From the NCBI GenBank assembly GCA_951406725.2, contig OX597818.1, forward strand, positions 143,220,001-143,284,000: a stretch of 64,000 bases of DNA, given 5' to 3'. Source of the stretch: Octopus vulgaris. Taxonomy: Eukaryota. Of this stretch, positions 54,252 to 64,000 are shown in pieces (position 1 is the first letter of the stretch; every line of letters starts with the position of its first letter). The position numbers and the translations under genes were made by a program. The notes under the pieces are model-generated. The model had not been told where the DNA came from. It saw only the letters and a list, made by a program, of their open reading frames with translations, and did not search any database.

Positions 54252-54480
54252 TTCTTTTATTCTTTTACTTGTTTCAGTCGTTTGACTGCGGCCATGCTGG
54301 AGCACCGCCTTTAGTCGAACGAATCGACACCAGGACTTATTCTTTGTAAGCCCAGTACATACTCTATCGGTATCCTTTGCCGAACCGCTAAGTTACGGGG
54401 ACGTGAACACACCAACATCGGTTGTGAAGCGACGGTCGCGGGGGCATACATAGACACACAAACATATATTTACATATATA
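54252..54480 (-). mobile_element. SINE family A, 3' half
   Basis: Truncated at its internal microsatellite. Confidence 0.8.
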
Positions 54481-54490
54481 TATATATGTA

Positions 54491-54533
<43 letters not shown>

Positions 54534-55302
54534 TCAGCACGACGTAAAGACGGATGAAATGCCGCTAAGCATTTAGCCCGGCATGCTAACGATTCTACCA
54601 GCAAACAACTTTAATAATAATGATAATGATGATGATGATGACGACGACGACGATGATGATGATGATGAGGATGATGGCTCAAAGATACGAGGCAGACAAA
54701 AAAAACAAAAAAACGAAATTTCTGCATCATTAGATATCAAAAATGAATTGACTTAGAATCTTTGGTCTCTGGTCACCTCAATTATTGTGTTTAGAAACAA
54801 CAGAACGCATCATTACACTCCAAAATCTGTATTTATTGATTGTCTTTCTTTACAAAACCACAGCTCAGCATTTCTTTATCACAGCACAGCATTTCTTTAT
54901 CACAGCTCAGCATTTCCTGAACTGTGGTATGGATTGAATCGTGGACATGACTTCAGAGCAAGTTAAATACATTGATAGTCTTTCAAATGAAGTACTTATT
55001 CTGAATCTTCGGAGCATAGCGGACGAACAACTCGTAGGATGATTAGATCGAATTTTAATATTTTTAAAAATGAAAGTATGTTTTGAGGTTGTCATCTCAA
55101 ACTTCGAGTGTTTTAGAAAATGGCGGTGCAAAAACTCTATGAAAGTTTAGTGTTGTGACGGACCAGTAGCGTAGAAGAAGCTAAGCATTGTTTTCTAGTA
55201 TAAAAATGGCAATACTGTTTTTAAAAACTTAAATACTTGTATCATTACTGCATTACAAAGTCGTGTAAAGAGAGAGGGAGAGACAGAGAGAGAGAGAGAG
55301 AC

Positions 55303-55335
<33 letters not shown>

Positions 55336-55579
55336 GACAGACAGACAGACAGAGAGACAGACAGAGACAGAAAGAGTGGGAAAGAGAGAGGAGGTGGTGC
55401 CGAAGTACTGATGAATTGCATTGACTCAGCTATTGAATTGAAAACATTATGGCGCCCTAGAAAAGTGTCTCTTATCCATTTTAAGGTCGTGCATCATTTA
55501 AATTTTAGATAAAATAACATTTGCTTCTGCAACGACATCTGTAAAGATAGATATAACAATGTTTTAGGAAAGGAACATA

Positions 55580-55791
55580 TACTCTCTTTTACTTGTTTCA
55601 GTCATTTGACTGCGGCCATGCTGGAGCACCGCCTTTAATCGAGCAACATGACCCCGGGACTTATTCTTTGTAAGCCCAGTACTTATTCTATCGGTCTCTT
55701 TTGCCGAACCGCTAAGTGACGGGGACATAAACACACCAGCATCGGTTGTCAAGCAATGATAGTGGGACAAACACAGACACACAAACATACA

Positions 55792-55844
<53 letters not shown>

Positions 55845-56005
55845 GACGGGCTTCTTTCAGTTTCCATCTACCAAATCCACTCACAAGGCATTGGTCGGCC
55901 CGAGGCTATAGTAGAAGTAACTTGCCCAAGGTGCCACGCAGTGGGACTGAACCCGGAACCATGTGGTTGGTAAGCAAGCTACTTACCACACAGCCACTTC
56001 TGCGC
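55580..56005 (-). mobile_element. SINE family A, full length
   Basis: Matches the 7305-7722 copy. Confidence 0.9.
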
Positions 56006-56356
56006 AGACATAAATAAACGAATGTAAATAAAACATAGAACTACACACGGGTGACCCCCTTTGCTTCCATGTATTCGTTAATATGTACACATAATGTTCA
56101 GTTTCGAAGATACCCGAAAATAACTGAGGTAGTTCTCATTAGCAGTCTGCAACATTCTTCTTTTTCACAATCTGCACTTTATCTTCCCCTGTCTTTCGTT
56201 CTGATTTTCCATTAGTCCGTCGTTCGTTAACCGAAAGATTGCGAAAATAATACAGATCCAAAAGAGCATTATTCCTCCTCGTACAGTTTTTTAAAAATAT
56301 TTTCCACTTTTCCCGACGGTTTGTCACCCTAATTATTCTTCATCGTCCCCCCATTA

Positions 56357-56591
56357 TCTATTTCTTTATTGCCCACAAGGGGCTAAAGATAGAGGGGACA
56401 AATAAGGACAGACAAACGGATTAAGTCGATTACAACGACCCCAGTGCGAAACTGTTACTTTATTTATCGACCCCGAAAGGATGAAAGGCAAAGTCGACCT
56501 CGGCGGAATTTGAATTCAGAACGTAGCGGCAGACGAAATACCGCTAAGCATTTCACCCGACTTGCTAACGATTCTGCCAGCTCGCCGCCTT
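56357..56591 (-). mobile_element. SINE family B, full length
   Basis: Reverse complement of 12930-13163. Confidence 0.88.
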
Positions 56592-57387
56592 ATCGCAAGG
56601 TAATGAGGTTTACTACTAGATGGGGCTAGTGGAGGGGAATTCTACTTTTGCCGTTGTAGTTGTTGTCGCTTCTTCAACTGTTCTTTTGATGACATATCAA
56701 ATCCCATCCACTTCTGTTTTCGCGAAGGAAAGGTATGTCACTCTATTCTTGTCCGCTCTGAGACAAATTACTGTAACTAGATTCAACCTATGTCATTAAA
56801 CCGCAATTTGATTTCTAATACTTATGAAGGGAATGCCAGTACATTTGTTAACATCTTATATTTCCACGTTGTTATTGTTGCTAGATCTTTTGTTTATTTT
56901 GAAAATTTGTGTTCCCGGGTGTGAAGTTATGACCGCCAGGACTGCTATTACATTTGTTTGTTTCACTGTTATCTTGTCCATTTTTAAAATTATTTTCTCA
57001 GCTTATCTTTTCTTTTCAAATTCGTTTTCGTGTCAACAACTTCTTGGAGTAAGAACGTATCCATTGCTCATCCTTCAATTTTATGTTTGTTTCTGTCTAT
57101 AACATCAATGGAGTTGCGTGGTCTTAATCATCTATTAGGGAGCGGATGTCTTCAAAATATGTCTGATATTACCTGTTGTTCAGCATGAAGGCAGTGGTCA
57201 GCAAAGCGTTTAACAATTATTGGAGAGATGCTAAAATACCCTTTACTACCTCACATTGAAAAATGTAAACGCGACAAAAGTTTCATAGAAAATTAAAGTA
57301 ATGGTTAAAAGACAAAGCCTATCGTTTTACTAAATTTATTCCAATGCTCCTAGGTATTGGGATAACTGTTCGCAATTTCTCTTTTGT

Positions 57388-57640
57388 GGAGGCGCGTGGC
57401 TTAGTGGTTAGGGTGTCAGAATCATGATCGCAAGATTGTGGTTTCGATTCCTGGACCGGGCGATGCGTTGTGTTCTCGAGCAAAACTCTTCATTTCACGT
57501 TGCTCCAGTTCACTCAGCTGGTAAAAATGAGTAACGCTGCGATGGACTGGTGACTTGTCCAGCTGGGGAATACATACGCCATTGAAACCGGGAAACCGGG
57601 CCCATGAGCCTGGCTAGGCTTTAAAAGGGCGCAAAAAAAA
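57388..57640 (+). mobile_element. tRNA-derived SINE family C with A-tail
   Basis: TGGCTTAGTGG A-box, GTTTCGATTCC B-box, GCGATGGACTGG segment and poly(A) end. Confidence 0.8.
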
Positions 57641-58105
57641 ATCGTCTTTTAGAAAACCTTCCACCCAGTTAAGTTTAGCAATAACCCCCAAATCTCTTCG
57701 AGCCGGGCTCTCTCACCTGTCCGCTTGTCTTAGAATACAATAGTAATACTAATGATTTCATATTTTGGCAGAGAACCAGCAGTTGTTTGAAGGGAGGAGG
57801 CAAATCAATTACATTCACCCTAGTACTCGTCTAGTACTTATTTTATCGACCTCGAAAGAATGAAAGGTAAAGTCGACATTAGCAGAATTTGAACTCAGAA
57901 AGTAAAGATGGACGAATCACTGCTAAGCGTTTTGCTCAGCGTCCTAACGATTCTGCCAGCTGGCCACCTAACACACAATAGTAATAAAAATAAACATGAT
58001 AACAACAACAGCAGCAGCAACAGTAGCAGCAGCAGCAGCAGTAGCAGCAGCAACAGCAACTAACAATAATTATAATGACTTGGAGAATTATGATGATTAT
58101 AATCA

Positions 58106-58136
58106 TGATGACGATGATGATGACGATGATGATGAC

Positions 58137-58201
<65 letters not shown>

Positions 58202-58202
58202 C

Positions 58203-58246
<44 letters not shown>

Positions 58247-58310
58247 CGATGATGATGACGATGATGATGACGATGATGATGACGATGATGATGACGATGA
58301 TGATGATGAC

Positions 58311-58340
<30 letters not shown>
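58106..58340 (+). repeat. (GAT)n microsatellite
   Basis: Direct reading. Confidence 0.95.
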
Positions 58341-58341
<1 letters not shown>

Positions 58342-58684
58342 GTTTATGGAGCAGAAGAGAAGAGGCTGTTAATAACTTCTGCAATTATTAACAAATCTAC
58401 AAAAGAAATATGGAAAATTGTTTCTTCTTCTTTGCAAAGAAAAATATGATTAAAGACAAATTGAGGGAGGTGGGTGGAGAAAGTCGGGGGGGGGGGGGAA
58501 GGTTAAAAATGGCGAATTAATTTCTTAATCAACTCAAACATTCTTTGCTATTCGTAATCTGTTTCGCTTTCTTTCTCTCCGTCTTTGTTTGTCTCACAGA
58601 CAGTATAATAAATTATAATATAGTTATACAAACATACATATAAACATACATACATTCATACAGGCATACAAACATACATATTCA

Positions 58685-58783
<99 letters not shown>

Positions 58784-58784
58784 G

Positions 58785-58893
<109 letters not shown>

Positions 58894-59469
58894 GCATCCA
58901 AATGTACATACATACATACACTTACTACACACACACACACACACACAAGCAAACACGCACATACACACACACACATCTCCAAGTGCTATATTTTAACCTG
59001 CAGGTAAAATACTTCCTTTTTCAATGTTTATTTAATTGTCATCACGAAGAAAAGTAATTGAATTGTCACACTTAGTTGTTGTTGTTGTTGTTGGTGGTGG
59101 TGGTAGTGGTGATGCTGCTGCTGATGATGATGACGACTGTGATGGCGACGACGACCTCAATGATGACAATATCAGCCAAGACCAAGGTGACAGTGACGAT
59201 GACAACGACGATGACAACGAGGACATGACAGACGGGTCACAATATTCGGTTTTCATTCCCAGTTAAAATTGTCTTAATTCAATTGTTTTTATTGTTGCCG
59301 TTGTTGTTGTACAGTCTCAGAGGATTCAAGCTTGATTTAGGTGAGATATAGAGAAATCTATTTCTCTAGATAATGTATATATCATGGCTTTGTCTAGCAG
59401 AGGCCAATCTGATACGTTGTTTGCGCAAGATGTGGGAAAAACGACAAAGTTATTTTAGCACTAATAATA

Positions 59470-59866
59470 TCTATCTATATAAAGCTGAAGTTGTCTGTGT
59501 GTGGCAGGTTTGGTAGCCTTCAACTAACACTATCTCCTCCGAGACCCTGCGGCGCAAGTTGACCAAAATTGAGAGTATGATAGAAGAAGACTTGCTCTTC
59601 ATTCCGTAGAAGATAAAATTCAAATCGGACCATGTTAACACCAAAAATTATTTACATCAAAAAGGCGCTTTTTTTTCTATGAAAATCCCTATTTTTTACA
59701 ATATTTTGACTGCTGTGTCACCATTTTTCGGTGTATTTCAACCAGAAAAATGTTCACTTAAAGAGAATAACAAGCTACATAATGCAAAATGTTTACTTTT
59801 CAAAAATTCCAATTCTAAAGTGTCGAAAAGAAAACAAACCCGAGCAACGCCGAGCAATACTGCTAG
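59470..59866 (+). mobile_element. Non-autonomous Helitron
   Basis: 5' TC, 3' GC-rich hairpin-like CCCGAGCAACGCCGAG then CTAG, inserted between A and T. Confidence 0.75.
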
Positions 59867-59899
59867 TTATACATTAAACTTTCTAGATATCGTCAACTT

Positions 59900-60387
59900 C
59901 GGTATCTGAGGTGCAGTAATCAAGAATTTTCCATTGTCTCGGAGGAGTTTTTAAATGTGTTTGTTATGTGAATAAAAGGGGTACAATTATAGCGTGGCTT
60001 CCGCTTGGCTTCGAACCATCTCGCTCAGATTCCTAGATTTCCATAAAAGGCAAGACCAGCTAAGAGAAATTAACTGTCGCCATAAAAGGCCTTAATTTCA
60101 ATTTGAACACGATTTGACCGATCAGATCAGCATCACCATTATTAAATCATTAATCATGAAAATAGGTCCACACTTCTTCCAAGCTCTCAAAAGACTTATA
60201 AATTTAACAGAAGTCAGGTAATAATAGACGAAAGGAACCCGTCTTTAATTATAAATTGCAGTGTAAATAGTCGAAGATAGAAACTTTGCTTTATTTCACA
60301 AAATTTTATCGCTATATAGCATTTGAAGTCATAGATGATTTCCTGGTCCATTGACTGTAGACAAGTCGTGACGTTGGGCAGTAAATA

Positions 60388-60440
<53 letters not shown>

Positions 60441-61250
60441 GTCTGATCAATAAGTATCAGAGACTGGCAAATGCATTATTCCATTCAAGATTCTTGTCAG
60501 GAGCATTTGAGCAATTAAGTAATGCCAATTCGTCTGTATTATTTTTGAAACTGCCAACATTTGCTTCATTGGAACTAGACAATGATTAGATACTACTAGT
60601 AAAGACCAGTTTGGTCTGTGTTGCATTTTTGACTAGCTGTGAGATTATCTTAAGAAGGTCATCAAATATCGAACTGAACTCTTCAGTCGCTGCTGAGTCC
60701 GTTGATTATTGCCAACAATGCCTGTTTTTACTATATCATGCCGTAACTTAGCCAGCACTGTCTTGTTTTGCTATTTCATATCGTATCTTAAATTTGGCCT
60801 CTCAACCATCTGAAATAACAACTGAAGTTTCCAAATCAACTTTCTTTAAAATCCTTAGCTTCTAAATGCGAGCTAATTTTTCTTGGTATAATCATTTCGC
60901 CAGGAAACACAAAACAAGCTGGTTTATCACTAGTTATAATGTTATTCTCTTTTATTTCTTCTTGGTGTCTCTAGACATCTCTAGACATCACTAAGTATCT
61001 CTAGATATCACATCATACTTTTACAAAGAATCAAAGGTGTTTCACATTTCTGGGCGGTGTTCATTTTACAAACTGTAGAAGCGGATGTGAACAAGTCTGT
61101 GGTTGTCGGCAGTTTTCTTTATGGGATGATGATTTTCTAAAGTACCATGGACTTAGATTTTTCGTTAATTTGGAAGTCAAAATTTTAGGTAGTTTACTGT
61201 TTCTCATTGAAAATTTGACATATTTGATAAATCTTCATTCTTTGAAAATT
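59900..61250 (-). mobile_element. Degraded pogo/Tigger transposase
   Basis: LLPNVTTCLQSMDQEIIYDFKCY matches the pogo DDE motif LPPNTTSxLQPxDQGIIxxFK; a DQTGLY piece lies at ~60600. Confidence 0.6.
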
Positions 61251-61497
61251 CTATAATATTGAACCCATTGTGGATTATATAAAAAAATAGTGGGTGGGTG
61301 AAATTTTTGAAAGAAAATTTGTAAGTGGAGACTATGTAAAGAGGTTATGGTAACCCTGTATTATGTTAAAACTTAAATGAACTTGATTGATAGTGAATAT
61401 TTGCAACACAGAAGCAAATCCGTAAATAGAAAAAAATTGAAGTTTTTCCTGGTAAAGATAATCAATTTTACCGCCCGTCCTTCAATTCATATACACA

Positions 61498-61571
<74 letters not shown>

Positions 61572-61926
61572 CACACATACACATACATGCATTGATCCAC
61601 ACACACATATATACATACACACATACACGATTACACACTTGAATGCATGCGTATATACATCCACACATACGTACGTAAGTATCGGCACAACATACATATA
61701 GGTGTATATATATATATATATGTACGTTTGTTAATACATCAATGAATGTATCTAGGAATCTATACACATATTGTCTGTTGATGCGATGGAAGGTTTGTAG
61801 TTAGTTTTTCTAAAACCATTTACATACTCCTCAACGCACAGATGCAGGCATGAACGGATATATACGTGTGCGTATACATTTACATGCGTACTTACAAGCA
61901 CGCATGTACAAACATGTATTTGTGTA

Positions 61927-61982
<56 letters not shown>

Positions 61983-62495
61983 ATGTGTTTATGCGTACCT
62001 ATATGCTTATGCATGCAAACTTTTCTCGAAGTGTACACGTATATATGCATGAAGCAGCGTATACATAAGATCAGTTTTTTGTTGTTACAATTACACATTA
62101 ATATTTTTGCAACCCTTCTTTTCGTACCATTTTTTTTCAGCATGATCGCTTGTTAAGTCTCCTTTTGTTAAATTCCATCTTGTAACTAAAATGCAGCTAA
62201 CTCAGAAATACTGAATATATTTGTGACGATTATACCATTGGACAGAATAAAGTTAAATTCAAATTCTTGTCTCATCCATTTCATGGAAGCTTCAATTTAA
62301 CAGTGAGAATCGATAGATATTTTCATTACATGATGGCGTGTTATCACGGTTCGAAATGCTATATACAGGACGCTCACCTTTAATCCTGCAACCTGTCATT
62401 CAGTTTCATTAGTTAAAATTGTTAGAAGTAGAAAGCCTCTACTTTAAAAGTGGTCATTCAAATTATTTCTCTAAATCTAAATGTTTAACGTCTTA

Positions 62496-62583
<88 letters not shown>

Positions 62584-62701
62584 CATTGAACTTGTGACCT
62601 CTGGTATACAAAAACACATGTCGACCAGGCTAGAACATCTTTGTTCGTAATCCTTCATGACTAGAAACGACCTGGAGCTAAATATAATGATAACGACAGA
62701 C

Positions 62702-62787
<86 letters not shown>

Positions 62788-62788
62788 G

Positions 62789-62871
<83 letters not shown>

Positions 62872-62876
62872 GTCTG

Positions 62877-62927
<51 letters not shown>

Positions 62928-62970
62928 GTCTGTCTGTCTGTCTGCCTGCCTGCCTGTCTGTCTGTCTGTC
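62496..62970 (+). repeat. (TAA)n (62496-62581) and (CTAT)n/(CTGT)n (62702-62970) microsatellites
   Basis: Direct reading. Confidence 0.95.
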
Positions 62971-64000
62971 TGTTACTAGTGTGCCGGTGAAAATGCACGA
63001 CGTATAGTCAATGAGTTAAGGCACCCATACATTCTGTTTCATCTTTAAACAGATGCCTGGCATGAAACTTCGTTACTGCATCGATAATACAATGTTGCAA
63101 GCGTATTGGCCATCATGGTTAAAGAGTATGGATAAATAGTACATGGCAAGAAAAAAATTGGTGAATGATTTTGTTATAATTTCTCTACACTTGTTTCGGT
63201 AACTGTCCGGGCATTTGTTGGACATTGTCTGCTGGAAAAAAGATAGTCATAGTAGGAACCGAAGTGTCTACTCGGACTGATTGTAGCTGAGAGAACCCCG
63301 CTAAAGACACCAAAGGAGATCCTTTCTAGAGATGAAACGTATCCAGTACAGTTTGTAAATATTTACTGAGGGGAAAAGGCATCGAGCTAAGGAAAATATT
63401 TCAAAGCAGAACATACGAACGAAATATGAACCCCGAAATGGTCTCTCTTTACTAACAGAAATCGGGTACATGCTGTTAGAAACGATATGTATGCATCTGT
63501 TGCTGGGGTAACGTGTGAACACAACATTGACCTCTCTCTCTCGTCTTCTCTCTTTCTCTCCCTCTCTCTGTTTCTCTGTCTCTCTCTCCCTCTCATTATC
63601 ATCATGTAGATGTCTCTCTCCCTCTGCGGCTTTTAGTTGAGTAAACTTATTTAGCTGAGTTAAGTCGATCATGTTGACATCGGCGACTTTTGTGCAACGC
63701 ATATTTGTTTTCTGTTTTTATAAAGGAGGTCGTAGCGAGGCGTCAGTTCGTTTTCAGTTAAGTAAAATTATTATTTCTTTCTATTTTGGTTTCTGTTTCT
63801 ATATTATCACTATTGACCTGTTTCCTATTGTTATCATAATGCCCATGTATAAAAGTCTCTAGCAGTCCCTCTTGACTATTAGAAATTTTTATAAATAGGC
63901 TTTATAAATTGAACAACGGGCGAAAACCTATTCTCGACAAGTATGACAAATCATTGCTCGAACTCACCTACCAAAATTGAGACCGTTTTGTTCAGCTTAC

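Noticed and set aside
57388-57465. tRNA-like sequence
   Set aside because: SINE head continuing into a SINE body; no convincing complete cloverleaf.
57996-58449. Poly-D/poly-M/poly-S ORFs
   Set aside because: (GAT)n microsatellite.

Overview
AT-rich, repeat-dense animal genomic DNA, most likely an octopus or related coleoid cephalopod (inferred from recalled SINE families and microsatellite load, not from a database search). Most ORF-track entries are microsatellite or repeat artefacts. Two host genes are supported, arranged convergently. One is the last coding exon of a heterotrimeric G-protein gamma subunit (+, 16629-16734, ends ENPFRDQKSCIIL; absent from the ORF track). The other is an 81-aa secreted six-cysteine peptide precursor (-, 25981-26226) resembling the Lymnaea sodium-influx-stimulating (SIS) peptide, with CHH/ITP-like cysteine spacing and a candidate promoter plus non-coding first exon about 10.6 kb upstream. 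The most striking non-coding structure is more than a dozen type-I hammerhead-ribozyme (HHR) motifs from several distinct families. Many sit in long palindromes next to (TA)n tracts, one family is linked to a Penelope GIY-YIG remnant, and at least two look intact. The remainder is tRNA-derived SINEs, RTE, R4/Dong and Jockey/I-type LINE remnants, mariner and pogo remnants, TTAA MITEs, Helitron derivatives, a ~0.9-kb tandem duplication and long microsatellites. Repeat boundaries are approximate.
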